From Flammeovirgaceae bacterium UBA7330 (GTDB lineage Bacteria > Bacteroidota > Bacteroidia > Cytophagales > Cyclobacteriaceae), in contig DKPQ01000011.1 in the NCBI GenBank assembly GCA_002471275.1, positions 55,652 to 119,651 on the forward strand: 64,000 nucleotides of DNA. Direction: 5' to 3'. This document shows positions 19,534 through 29,357 of the stretch, piece by piece. The stretch's first letter is position 1. Each line of letters starts with the position of its first letter. The notes beneath the pieces are model-generated. The model had not been told where the DNA came from and searched no databases. It worked only from the letters and a program-made list of their open reading frames with translations. The translations under genes were made by a program, and so were the position numbers.

Positions 19534-20598
19534 CTATAAAAAGTCGATCTCTGCCCGGAAAGGAAATTTCATCAGAAATTTATGGGCGTCATTGACGTCC
19601 ATCTCTTTGTTGATGATCTTATATAATGTCTCTGTGATGGGGCATCTTACTTTGTAGGTAATTGAAAGAGCATGAATGATTTCAATGGTTTTGATTCCTT
19701 CAGCCACTTCTTCCATGCTGTTGATGATCTCGTCGATGTCTTCTCCCTGGGCAAGGCGATACCCTACGGTATAGTTTCTACTGAGGTTACTACCTGCAGT
19801 AGCTATAAGGTCACCGACACCTGCCAGGCCCAAAAAGGCACTGGCGTTTCCTCCCAGAGCAGTACCGATGTGTACCATCTCCACAAGTCCACGACTGATA
19901 AACAAGGCACTGGCGTTGGCACCAAGCCCTAGTCCGGCGATCGTACCTGCTCCTACAGCAATGATGTTTTTCAGGACACCACAAAGTTCAATGCCAATGA
20001 GGTCATTGCTGCCATAGATCAGGAACCGGTCATTCTTCAGAAGCTGCTCACCCATCTTGATCACCTCATCGAAGTGGCTGGCGACCACGGTAGCGGCAGG
20101 TTTCTTCTCGCTAATCTCACGTGCCAGGTTGGGTCCTGCCAGACACCCTACGCGCACCACCTGACTTTCTTCCTGGATCACCTCACTCATTGTCTTTACA
20201 TGCTCTCTTGTAAGGGGGTTCCTGGGGTTGATTTTTTCACTTTGGGCCATCTCCAGGTCAAGCCCTTTGGTACCATGGATCAGGATATGATAAGGCCTTA
20301 GGAATGGACTCATCTTGCGCATCATGTCCCTGAAGTTGGCCGATGGGATGATGGGGAAGATCACGCTACAGGATTTGGTCACCTTCTCAATGTCATTGGT
20401 TACCTCAATCAGATCGTCGAGTTTCTGGCCACTCGCAATTCGTTCCCTCTGGAATTTCTCAGCCCTTTCGGGAGTACGTGCGTACAACAGCACTGGATTT
20501 TTCTTTTCCGCCAATAAGTTGGCCATGGCAGTGCCAAAGCTTCCGGCACCTATTACTCCAACGGGTTGTTTAGATGTAGTTTTCGAGGCCATATCCAT
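19534..20598 (-). CDS. gpsA: NAD(P)H-dependent glycerol-3-phosphate dehydrogenase
   Basis: VGVIGAGSFGTAMANLLAEK Rossmann motif, and GpsA-like GVLKNIIAVGAG and GVGDLIATA motifs. Confidence 0.85.
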   Translation of the reverse strand: MDMASKTTSKQPVGVIGAGSFGTAMANLLAEKKNPVLLYARTPERAEKFQRERIASGQKLDDLIEVTNDIEKVTKSCSVIFPIIPSANFRDMMRKMSPFLRPYHILIHGTKGLDLEMAQSEKINPRNPLTREHVKTMSEVIQEESQVVRVGCLAGPNLAREISEKKPAATVVASHFDEVIKMGEQLLKNDRFLIYGSNDLIGIELCGVLKNIIAVGAGTIAGLGLGANASALFISRGLVEMVHIGTALGGNASAFLGLAGVGDLIATAGSNLSRNYTVGYRLAQGEDIDEIINSMEEVAEGIKTIEIIHALSITYKVRCPITETLYKIINKEMDVNDAHKFLMKFPFRAEIDFL

Positions 20599-22246
20599 CC
20601 ATCCTATTGTGATAATAATACAACGTATTCATGTTTTGGATCACGATATTTCCATTCTTCATGATGAGAGGTCGCTGAGCATGATACAATCCAACATTCT
20701 CCACTCCCAGCTTGATGACCTGATCTGCTTTCTTTTTTAAGTGACCAGCTACACTCACCTTGCCGGCTTTCTCCATCTTCATTACCTTCTTTCTAAGCTT
20801 TTTAAATGCTTCCTTAAATTCCTCGTAATTCAACACCAGGTCTTCATCAGGCAGGCGTAGCAGGTTATAAAGATCAAGCTTGGCATTTTTACGCTCTATC
20901 ATTTTAAATGCCGTGAAGGCTACCAGGTGACTGGCAAAGACCCTGTTGTACTTGTGGTATTCCTCAACAATACGTCTGGAAAGTATCCGTACATATTCTT
21001 CTTCTCTTTGAGCGTCGACGGTGATCTGACCATTCGAGATGAAGTAATCCACAGTATCAATCGGGTTTCCGTTGGCGTCGTAGCTGTTGCCCGTGTCATC
21101 CACATAGTTGCCAAGAATGTCCATTCCTTTGCCAATGCTTACCGAAATATCTGAACCTTTGGTAAAGAATTTAAACAGGAATGTGGCGATCTTGTAAGAA
21201 GAAGAGAACTCGTCGCTTTCCTGGTAGTAGCGCTCCTGACCAGTTCTTTTCAGATGTTCATTGATCAATGCCGGAGCCTCCAGTGTGAAGTTATAGTTGA
21301 TCACTACCGGAACAACAAAGATCTTTGAAGCCTTCCTTGCGTCTTTGGCCTTTTGATAAAGTATGCGTTGAGCTTCAATCGTGGTGCTCAGCAGACCCAG
21401 CTTGAGCCTCTTTTCTATATGTCCTGACCTTGATCGTGTACCACCCGGGAAGAAAAGGCTGTGACAGCCCCGCTGCAGAGCCATGCTCGAATAGGTCTTG
21501 AGCGTCTCCAGGTAGATTGGGTTTTTCTTTCGCCTGTCTACCTTGTAAGCGCCGAGGCTATTCATAAAGTAGGCAAATATCTTGATGTTGAACAGGTTCA
21601 GACCGGCTCCATAGATAAAAGCAGGAAGCCCCAAAAACTGGATTACCCAGCCTATCAGGATGGAGTCCAGGTTGCTGAAATGTGTGGGGACCATCACCAC
21701 GGTGCCATGACGGGCCAGGTTTCGGATGTGTTCTGTCTCACCCACGATATGGATCTTGTCATCCAGGTCCAGCTGTCTACTGAAGAGGCTGGTCAACCCT
21801 TTTACCCGGGTGGCATTCAATAGCCGGGCAAAACCGAAGGTGACTACCGTACGGGCAAACCTGTAACTGTTTTTCTTGAAATTTCCGGAAATTTCTTCGG
21901 CATATCTCCTGATGATCTCCATGAGGATCTTTTCCTCTTCCTTCCTGGCTTCAGCTGGTTCCATGGTCCCACTATCCAGCAACCGCTGTTGCATCTTGTT
22001 CCAGAAGGGCTTCTCATCCCTGGGATCCACCCTCCATGGGTTGGCCCGGATTCTGGCCTTTTCACGGTAGATCGTCATCTCTACCTCTTCACGGAGTGAC
22101 CTGCCTTTGGTAATCCCTTTCAGTGATTCAAAAGATTCAGCCGAAACCTCTTCAATGAATTTTTTACGATCTCTTGAAAGTTGAACGATAGGCCATTGCT
22201 TGGTCTTGGGAATAATTTCACTGTATCGGACTTTCTCTTTGCTCAT
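20570..22246 (-). CDS. Glycerolipid acyltransferase (GPAT/AGPAT family, long form)
   Basis: HX4D motif in VPTHFSNLDS and FFPGGTRSRSG block III. 558 aa. Overlaps the gpsA start by 29 nt. Confidence 0.7.
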   Translation of the reverse strand: MSKEKVRYSEIIPKTKQWPIVQLSRDRKKFIEEVSAESFESLKGITKGRSLREEVEMTIYREKARIRANPWRVDPRDEKPFWNKMQQRLLDSGTMEPAEARKEEEKILMEIIRRYAEEISGNFKKNSYRFARTVVTFGFARLLNATRVKGLTSLFSRQLDLDDKIHIVGETEHIRNLARHGTVVMVPTHFSNLDSILIGWVIQFLGLPAFIYGAGLNLFNIKIFAYFMNSLGAYKVDRRKKNPIYLETLKTYSSMALQRGCHSLFFPGGTRSRSGHIEKRLKLGLLSTTIEAQRILYQKAKDARKASKIFVVPVVINYNFTLEAPALINEHLKRTGQERYYQESDEFSSSYKIATFLFKFFTKGSDISVSIGKGMDILGNYVDDTGNSYDANGNPIDTVDYFISNGQITVDAQREEEYVRILSRRIVEEYHKYNRVFASHLVAFTAFKMIERKNAKLDLYNLLRLPDEDLVLNYEEFKEAFKKLRKKVMKMEKAGKVSVAGHLKKKADQVIKLGVENVGLYHAQRPLIMKNGNIVIQNMNTLYYYHNRMDGYGLENYI

Positions 22247-22249
22247 TTA

Positions 22250-23155
22250 TTACCCATTGATGCTTTCTATTCCATGTTGTTGGTGGTCCAAAAATAGCTC
22301 GCCTTTGCCAACTAGTATGCATTTTCCTCCAACCTTCACCTCGGTTATTTTATTCTTTTCACTCAAAGTGAGGTCCAGGTAAAGCTGACTGGGGCGTCCC
22401 ATCTCATATCCCTGGAGGCTTAATACAGGCATTTTCAATATGTTGTGCTTTGCCAGGTAACAAGCAAGCGGTCCATTGGCAGACCCTGTAGCCGGATCTT
22501 CATAAATGCCTATAAGAGGTGCAAACATCCTTCCCCGTACATCTCCACCCCTCACATTGTTTACTGCAAAGCAGTATAGTTGTGTGGTGTCTACCTTGTC
22601 TGAAAGCTCCTCCAGGAGATCTGTTCTGACCTTGATCTTTTGGAGTATGTCAGCACTTTTTACCTGTATAAATAAAATGTTGTTGCCACAGCTGATCTCT
22701 TCTGCCGGGGAGTCCTCAAGGTCATCTTCGCCGAGGGAAAGCATCCTGGCTATGCTGGCTTTATCTGAAAATACCCGACCATAAACAGGCAATGGTTGGT
22801 TCATGGTAATCAGGTCAGGTTCGTTGTCCCGGTAGGTGACCGACACAGGGATATCCCCGATTTTCTGTTTGAGGATCATGGATGCTTTTCGGGATTCCCG
22901 GGCAAGTAGGTAGGCTGTGCCAATAGTAGGATGACCGGCTGTAGGCAGCTCTCGTCCGGGTGTAAAGATCCGCATCGAAGGATTTTCTCCTGATTTTGAG
23001 GGAAAAAGAAAGACGGTCTCAGATAAATTAAATTCTTTTGCAATGCTTTGAAAGCGTGCAGGATCGATGTCTGAAGCATCCGGAAACACTGCCAATTGAT
23101 TCCCTGACAGGGGTGTGCTGGTAAATACATCGAGCAAATAATACTGGTAACTCAT
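22250..23155 (-). CDS. PhzF family isomerase-like protein
   Basis: YYLLDVFT...GNQLAVF N-terminus and the EDPATGSANG motif typical of the PhzF/DAP-epimerase-like fold. Confidence 0.8.
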   Translation of the reverse strand: MSYQYYLLDVFTSTPLSGNQLAVFPDASDIDPARFQSIAKEFNLSETVFLFPSKSGENPSMRIFTPGRELPTAGHPTIGTAYLLARESRKASMILKQKIGDIPVSVTYRDNEPDLITMNQPLPVYGRVFSDKASIARMLSLGEDDLEDSPAEEISCGNNILFIQVKSADILQKIKVRTDLLEELSDKVDTTQLYCFAVNNVRGGDVRGRMFAPLIGIYEDPATGSANGPLACYLAKHNILKMPVLSLQGYEMGRPSQLYLDLTLSEKNKITEVKVGGKCILVGKGELFLDHQQHGIESING

Positions 23156-23268
23156 TCCGGACCATTCATGTTTGTTGCTAAGCTAATGAAGCAATCAGGG
23201 GAAAACAAAGAGAAGCTAAGAACACTTAATAAGTGATTGAGTGTGTTAATATTGCAGGAAGAAAATTT

Positions 23269-24246
23269 ATGCCATCATTTAGCTTAAAAGAAATCCAGGC
23301 GCCGGTCGCAGTCGAAATGGCTGAATTCGAAAAGAAATTCCGCCAGTCTATGCGTAGCAATGTTATGCTACTCGATAAGATCACCGGATATATTGTCAAG
23401 CGTAAAGGAAAGCAGATGCGACCTTTGTTTGTCTTCCTCAGCGCAGGTGTGGCTAATGGTATCACTGAATCTACCTACAGGGGAGCAGCATTGATTGAGC
23501 TGCTACATACTGCCACACTGGTCCACGATGATGTGGTGGATGATGCACATTATAGGAGAAGCTATTTTTCCATCAATGCCTTATGGAAGAACAAGATAGC
23601 TGTGCTGGTTGGTGATTTCCTCCTGTCAAGGGGGTTATTGCTTTCACTGGAGAATAATGATTTTGATCTACTGAAGATCGTTTCCAATGCAGTGAAAGAG
23701 ATGAGCGAGGGGGAGCTCCTGCAGATGGAAAAAGCCCGAAAACTGGATATTACCGAGGAGGTATACTATGAGATCATCCGGCAGAAGACAGCCAGCCTGA
23801 TCACTGCATGCTGTAGAACAGGTGCTGCTTCTTCAGGAGCTAAAGCCGAGGTGGTGGATCAGATGACCCAGTTTGGAGAGCATGTGGGGATGGCCTTCCA
23901 GATCAAAGATGACCTGTTTGACTACGGCACCTATGAGATCGGGAAACCAACCGGGATAGACATCAAGGAGAAGAAAATGACCCTTCCGCTGATCTATGCA
24001 CTTAACCAATCTGGCAGATCTGAGAAGAATCGTGTGAAGAAGATGATCAAAAAGAGTGCCCAGGAACCTGCGCTGGTACATGAGGTGATCGACTTTGTAA
24101 AATCTACGGGAGGCATACAATATGCCATTGAGGTGATGGAGCAATATCACGAGAAAGCCAAAGAAATATTAAGTCAACTGCCTGATTCTGAATATAAAAC
24201 TTCTCTGGATCAGCTGGTGCAGTTTACCATCGACAGGACGAGGTAA
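23269..24246 (+). CDS. Polyprenyl diphosphate synthase (long-chain, IspB-like)
   Basis: First DDxxD in LVHDDVVDD and second in QIKDDLFD. I chose the ATG at 23269 over the upstream non-ATG start. Confidence 0.85.
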   Translation: MPSFSLKEIQAPVAVEMAEFEKKFRQSMRSNVMLLDKITGYIVKRKGKQMRPLFVFLSAGVANGITESTYRGAALIELLHTATLVHDDVVDDAHYRRSYFSINALWKNKIAVLVGDFLLSRGLLLSLENNDFDLLKIVSNAVKEMSEGELLQMEKARKLDITEEVYYEIIRQKTASLITACCRTGAASSGAKAEVVDQMTQFGEHVGMAFQIKDDLFDYGTYEIGKPTGIDIKEKKMTLPLIYALNQSGRSEKNRVKKMIKKSAQEPALVHEVIDFVKSTGGIQYAIEVMEQYHEKAKEILSQLPDSEYKTSLDQLVQFTIDRTR

Positions 24247-24259
24247 TGCCCGTATTTCT

Positions 24260-24277
24260 GGCAATTGGGTAATTGCC
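24260..24277 (+). terminator. Small hairpin after the polyprenyl synthase gene
   Basis: GGCAATT-gggt-AATTGCC followed by ttgtt, 14 nt after the stop codon. The U-tract is weak. Confidence 0.3.
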
Positions 24278-24281
24278 TTGT

Positions 24282-24289
24282 TACCTTTG
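24282..24289 (+). promoter_or_regulatory. Candidate -7 box TAccTTTG for the FKBP gene
   Basis: Exact TAnnTTTG match about 74 nt upstream of the ATG at 24363. Confidence 0.35.
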
Positions 24290-24362
24290 TGGCTTCAAAT
24301 AAAAAAAGCAATTCTATAAAAAGGAAAACCAATTCGGTAAGTTTCCAAACAAGCAATTGAAA

Positions 24363-24791
24363 ATGAAAAAAGTAGAAGCAAACGACAAAGTAAAAGTACA
24401 CTACACAGGAAAATTGACAACCGGAGAGGTTTTTGACTCTTCTGTGGAGAGAGATCCCCTAGAGTTTACAGTTGGAGCAGGGCAGATGATCAAAGGATTT
24501 GATGAAGCTGTCAATGGGATGGAAGTAAACGAAAAGAAGACTGTAACGATCCCATCAGGAGAAGCTTATGGAGAGAGAAATGAGCAATTGATCCAGGCTG
24601 TGCCCAGGACAGATCTGCCACAGGACATGAAGCCTGAAGTAGGACAGACATTGGTTGCCACCAATGATCAGGGACATCAAACGCATGTTGTAGTTACCGA
24701 GGTTGCTGATGCTACGATTACCATCGATGCCAACCATCCTTTGGCTGGAAAAGATTTAGTATTTGAGATTGAGCTGGTAGAGATCGCTTAA
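24363..24791 (+). CDS. FKBP-type peptidyl-prolyl cis-trans isomerase (SlyD-like, with insert-in-flap)
   Basis: VKVHYTGKLTTGEVFDSS...PLEFTVGAGQMIKGFDEAV...NHPLAGKDLVFEIELVEI. Confidence 0.8.
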   Translation: MKKVEANDKVKVHYTGKLTTGEVFDSSVERDPLEFTVGAGQMIKGFDEAVNGMEVNEKKTVTIPSGEAYGERNEQLIQAVPRTDLPQDMKPEVGQTLVATNDQGHQTHVVVTEVADATITIDANHPLAGKDLVFEIELVEIA

Positions 24792-24814
24792 TTATCTAAA
24801 TAGACATATATCAT

Positions 24815-24848
24815 AACCAGGTTATCAATCGATAGACCTGGTTTTTTG
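24815..24848. terminator. Rho-independent terminator between convergent genes
   Basis: AACCAGGT-13 nt loop-ACCTGGTT followed by TTTTTG. It lies between the FKBP stop (24791) and the TauE stop (24850). Confidence 0.55.
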
Positions 24849-24849
24849 T

Positions 24850-25590
24850 TTATAGGGCACTGATGCCCTGATATAGCATGATCAGGCCACTTATTACCAT
24901 AAACAGGATTACCCATTTCCTAAAGGACTGATCAGAAATATGCTTCAGCAAGAGTTTGCCGGCATAGCTCCCCACAGAAATGCCCAGTCCCAATGCAATG
25001 GCAGGATAAACAACCTCGAGGGACATCAACCCGAAATAGGTGTAGCTTCCAATCTGAGCCAGACCCATGAAAAAACTATTGGCGGTTTTGGTAGCAATGA
25101 GTGACTCTTTTGATATCCCAAGATTGAGATAAAAGGGATTCAGAACAGGTCCCAGTCCACCAATGATGGTTCCAAGCAGCGCGATGATCAGACCAAGGGG
25201 AAAGAGGTGATGATACTTCATTTGGAAGGATTTCTTTTTCTTGCCCCAGCCAAACTGCCAGATGGTGCTGATTAGAAATAATCCAATGATAATCTGAAGC
25301 CAGTCTATCCGGAGAGCAGAAAAGAGGAGCGCACCAAGGAAGGCTCCTGCCATGGCAGCCGGTACATAGTAGAGCGTGGCCTTCCAGTCTATGTTGTTCC
25401 AGTAAATGATTATTCTGATGGGTCTGCCTATGAGGTTTCCTGTGTTGAGAATGGGTGCAGCAATCCCCGGTCCGGCCAGAAAGTTGACGATAGGCACCAG
25501 GATCAATCCTCCACCACCTGCTGTGATAGTGGTCAAAGCAAAGGTGAGCAACCCTGCCAGAAAAATTAAACCCAGAAGCCAGTAATCCAC
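24850..25590 (-). CDS. TauE/SafE family sulfite/anion exporter
   Basis: 246 aa polytopic membrane protein with Gly-rich helices (TAGGGGLILVP) characteristic of TauE/SafE. Confidence 0.7.
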   Translation of the reverse strand: MDYWLLGLIFLAGLLTFALTTITAGGGGLILVPIVNFLAGPGIAAPILNTGNLIGRPIRIIIYWNNIDWKATLYYVPAAMAGAFLGALLFSALRIDWLQIIIGLFLISTIWQFGWGKKKKSFQMKYHHLFPLGLIIALLGTIIGGLGPVLNPFYLNLGISKESLIATKTANSFFMGLAQIGSYTYFGLMSLEVVYPAIALGLGISVGSYAGKLLLKHISDQSFRKWVILFMVISGLIMLYQGISAL

Positions 25591-25655
25591 TAATTGATTG
25601 TTTTAGTCTAAAATGAATTTAAGCTTTATCATTTCAAATAGGAAAGAACCTCGGC

Positions 25656-28600
25656 TTATTTTGACTTGCTATTGAGCCAATCCAGCATCTCTTCCTGATA
25701 TTCGCCCAGGTATTTGTGTCCTACACCCTCTACTTCGTGCCATGCCAATTCTGCACCCATTTCTTCAAAGAGGTCTTTCAGGATCACATTGTTGGTTTTC
25801 CATCGCTCAAGCTCTCCCCAGGCCATCCAAACCGGTATGTCTTTTAACCTGACAGCTTCTTCTTTGGTCGGTTCCTGTAAAAATGCCGCACTGTACATGC
25901 CTATGGCCGCCCAACGATTAGGCATCTTTTGTCCGATGTGAAATGAGCCATTTCCTCCCATGGAGAATCCATACAGATATTGTCTCCTGGGATCGGTTTT
26001 ATACATCTTATCAAAATCCTCCAACACTTCCATAATATCGGTTTCTGCGATGTCACGATAAAATTTATCACCACGACCCCATGGGAGGATAAACAATCCT
26101 TCCTTTCGGTATCCCATACTCGTTACCCCGGCAACTTCAGGCTGTAAAGGCTGGTATAGCATCTTTCTGGGGTTGTTGTTTCTTCCTCCTCCACTACCAT
26201 GAAGTTCCACAAAAAGGGGTTGTTTTTTGGTTTTTTTAGGGTCAAAGTCACGGGGCACGAATAGCCAGTAAAAACTATATAGCCCATCCGTAGGGGATTT
26301 GAATGACATCATCAATGGACGGGGACCTTCCTGGTAGGTTTTCCAGTCGGCTCCGCCATTTTTGAAATAATTGAGGGCCATGGATGCAGAAACAATGTCT
26401 TCATCAGAAATGGTGAATCCATGCGTGGTATCTTGAGTAAATCGGGCTACCGTTTGGTAGTGCCGCTTCATTAACGGGTTGTTTTCCTTAGCCGCCAAAG
26501 TGTTTATTAACTTCACCAACTGATCCGGAGCATCTTTTTCCACCTTGACTGCGAGGCTGGTATTGTAGGTAAAGGCATAGCTTCCTGAACCAACTTCGAT
26601 CACCACATGACCATCTTCTTCTCTCGCATTTGGGTAACTATCGACAATGGGCTTGCCATTTTCTTTGATCTTGTCGATCCTGGCTTTCGGTAGTGTGATT
26701 GTAGCTGTTGTATTGGCAGGAATGGTGCAGTAGACGGTCATATTTCCGTTATCAATTTTCCACCCGGAGACAATCTTACCGTACTTGCTTTCGTGGGAAG
26801 CTTCAGCATAGTCCAGCCTGGAGCTGGGCTGTGGCTGTATCAGGATATGCTTGTAGCCGGGAGCACCGATTTCCATCCCCGCTACCACACGGTACATCCA
26901 GTCACCAATGGCCCCATACGCATAGTGGTTGAAGCTGTTCATGCTCACGTTCTGAAAGGTGCTGTCAGGCTTTTGGCCATCCCATCGTTCCCAGATGGTA
27001 GTAGCGCCCATCTTCACTGGATATAACCAAGAAGGAAATGTTTCCTGGAGGAGCAGGTCATAGGCCACATCGGTTTTTCCATTTTCAGATAAGACATGAC
27101 AGATATAGGGGGTGCCAAGAAACCCCGTTGACAAGTGATTTTCTCTGCTTTGGATATTCTCTACCAGGTAGTTTACAGCATTGCCCCTGAGGGAGTCGGG
27201 TAACAGATCAAAATGAAGGGCCAATACATATGAGGTCTGGCTGTGTGAGATGATACGTCCAGTCTGAGTTACATAGTTTTCAAAGAAAGCTTTTTTCACT
27301 TTCTCCAACACTTCTGTATACTCCTTTACATCTTCCTCTTTGCCCAGCACTTCGGCAGCTTCGATCAATAGCTGAGTGGAATAGGCATAAAAGGCTGTTG
27401 CAATGAGATCCTGATCTGTATGCCCGTCGGGGTCCCGCCATTTGCTCATCTCAGGTTTAAAGAATAGCCAGTCTCCAAAGACACTGCCTCCTTCCCAGAT
27501 GTAATTTGATCCGGCATCTTTTCTTACAAAGTCTACATATTTTTTCATGGCAGGATACTGAGTAGAAAGAATGTCTTTGTCCCCATACACTTTGTAGAGT
27601 GTCCATGGAGCAATGGTGACAACATCTGCCCATCCGGCAGAAGCCCTTACGCTACCCAGGACATTCGGCACCACAAAAGGGATTGCTCCGGCTTCACTTT
27701 GCTCTGCTGCCAAATCCTTGAGCCATTTGGTAAAGAACGCCGCTACGTCCATGTTGTATGCCGCAGTCCTGATAAAGGCCTGAGCATCTCCTGTCCAGCC
27801 CAGACGCTCATCCCGCTGTGGACAGTCTGTCGGGATATCCAGGAAATTACCTTTTTGACCCCATTGAATGTTTTGCTGCAACTGATTGATCAAAGGATTG
27901 GAGCATTCGAATTTACCGATAGGCTCCATGTCAGAATGAATGACAATCCCTGTGAGGTTTTCGGGCTTCAACTCTCCCGGGAATCCCTCAATAGCCACAT
28001 ACCTGAATCCCATAAAAGTGAAAGAGGGCTCATAGGTTTCATCGCCCTGCCCTTTAAGCGTATATTGGAGCGTGGCATTTGCCGATCGAAGGTTATCAGT
28101 GTAAAATTCCCCGAATTTGTCCATGACCTCTGCGTGACGGATGGTGATGGTAGTTCCTGCCTGCCCATTCACCTTCAGCTTGATCCATCCCACCATGTTT
28201 TGACCGAAATCAGCTACCAGTGTACCTTTTGGCGTTTTCCAGATTTTCACTGGCTTGATTTCCTCGATTTTTCTTACTGGTACCGTTTCAGTGGGGATGA
28301 GCTCCTTATAGCCATGATCTGCTACATTTACGGGTTTCCAGCTACTGTCATCAAATGTAACTGTACTCCAGCCATTTAATTCCTTTCGGGCATCATATGT
28401 CTCGCCATTGTAGATGCTGTTCATGGTGATAGGGCCGTTACTTGTGCCTTTCCATGTGTTGTCAGTAAGGATCATTTCTGAGCTACCGTCTGCATAATTT
28501 ATTTGGATCTGGCAGAGTAAACCCAGTTTTTTACCATACACTCCCCAGTTATCCTGCCAGGCTAAATGACCGCGGTACCAGCCATCACCCAACATGGCTC

Positions 28601-29264
28601 CGATAGCGTTTTCGCCGGTCTTTAAATAATTAGTGATATCATACACCTGGTATTGCAACCTGTCCTGGTACTTCGTCCATCCGGGGGTGAATACTTCATC
28701 GCCTACCTGCTGGCCATTGATAAAAAGTTCATACAGCCCATGAGCTGTAACATAAGCCCGCGCGCTTTTTATGGTTTTCCCGATGGATGCTTTTTTTCTG
28801 ACCAGCAAAGCCGGGGCATTGGCCTGTTCTTCTTGTATGGGTTCGATCCATTGGGCTTTCCAGTCACCATCAAAAAGTCCCATTTCCCAGTAAGCCGGGG
28901 TACTCCATTCGGAAACGTTTCCGGCATTGTCCCAGGCCCTCACGCGCCAATAGTATCTGTTTCCCGGAGCTAGTTTTTCACCGGCATAGGGGATGAGAGT
29001 GGATTGATCACTGGCTACTTTGTTGCTTTCCCAGGTAAGATGTGTCGTGGGGAAATTATTCACCTCAGCCACCTGGATCTGGTAGTGTGTCTGCAGAACG
29101 TTTTTGGCTGAAGATCTTAGCTTCCAGCTCAGACGAGGGGAAGGCGCTTCCAGTCCCATCGGATTTTTTTTGTGTTCAACTGACAGGTCGTAGACTTCCA
29201 GGTTTTGGGAGATGGCTGCACCTGTCAGCAATAACACAATTGTTAAAGTGCCGAAGAATTTCAT
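25656..29264 (-). CDS. GH78 alpha-L-rhamnosidase fused to a C-terminal alpha/beta-hydrolase esterase domain
   Basis: Signal peptide. GH78 N-terminal hallmark (NPMGLEAPSPRLSWKL...YYWRVRAWD) and six-hairpin core (DCPQRDERLGWTGD). The last ~300 aa carry a GFSMGG nucleophile elbow and a GVGHKY His. Confidence 0.8.
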   Translation of the reverse strand: MKFFGTLTIVLLLTGAAISQNLEVYDLSVEHKKNPMGLEAPSPRLSWKLRSSAKNVLQTHYQIQVAEVNNFPTTHLTWESNKVASDQSTLIPYAGEKLAPGNRYYWRVRAWDNAGNVSEWSTPAYWEMGLFDGDWKAQWIEPIQEEQANAPALLVRKKASIGKTIKSARAYVTAHGLYELFINGQQVGDEVFTPGWTKYQDRLQYQVYDITNYLKTGENAIGAMLGDGWYRGHLAWQDNWGVYGKKLGLLCQIQINYADGSSEMILTDNTWKGTSNGPITMNSIYNGETYDARKELNGWSTVTFDDSSWKPVNVADHGYKELIPTETVPVRKIEEIKPVKIWKTPKGTLVADFGQNMVGWIKLKVNGQAGTTITIRHAEVMDKFGEFYTDNLRSANATLQYTLKGQGDETYEPSFTFMGFRYVAIEGFPGELKPENLTGIVIHSDMEPIGKFECSNPLINQLQQNIQWGQKGNFLDIPTDCPQRDERLGWTGDAQAFIRTAAYNMDVAAFFTKWLKDLAAEQSEAGAIPFVVPNVLGSVRASAGWADVVTIAPWTLYKVYGDKDILSTQYPAMKKYVDFVRKDAGSNYIWEGGSVFGDWLFFKPEMSKWRDPDGHTDQDLIATAFYAYSTQLLIEAAEVLGKEEDVKEYTEVLEKVKKAFFENYVTQTGRIISHSQTSYVLALHFDLLPDSLRGNAVNYLVENIQSRENHLSTGFLGTPYICHVLSENGKTDVAYDLLLQETFPSWLYPVKMGATTIWERWDGQKPDSTFQNVSMNSFNHYAYGAIGDWMYRVVAGMEIGAPGYKHILIQPQPSSRLDYAEASHESKYGKIVSGWKIDNGNMTVYCTIPANTTATITLPKARIDKIKENGKPIVDSYPNAREEDGHVVIEVGSGSYAFTYNTSLAVKVEKDAPDQLVKLINTLAAKENNPLMKRHYQTVARFTQDTTHGFTISDEDIVSASMALNYFKNGGADWKTYQEGPRPLMMSFKSPTDGLYSFYWLFVPRDFDPKKTKKQPLFVELHGSGGGRNNNPRKMLYQPLQPEVAGVTSMGYRKEGLFILPWGRGDKFYRDIAETDIMEVLEDFDKMYKTDPRRQYLYGFSMGGNGSFHIGQKMPNRWAAIGMYSAAFLQEPTKEEAVRLKDIPVWMAWGELERWKTNNVILKDLFEEMGAELAWHEVEGVGHKYLGEYQEEMLDWLNSKSK

Positions 29265-29357
29265 AGGATTTAGATGTTGTTTTTTGCCTGTTAAAGGTAA
29301 GAATCAACTCTCAATAAACTGTCTTGGACTTACAGGAGTGCGAATGGTTTGGGGCTA

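Noticed and set aside
27699-28379. 226 aa plus-strand ORF, plus many other 60-140 aa ORFs antisense to large genes (e.g. 9206..9481, 11150..11521, 36333..36725, 37696..38100, 54037..54447, 20315..20740)
   Set aside because: All lie antisense to, or out of frame within, genes with strong family signatures. Their translations are Cys/Arg/Ser-rich with no motifs, which is the expected result of long open antisense frames.
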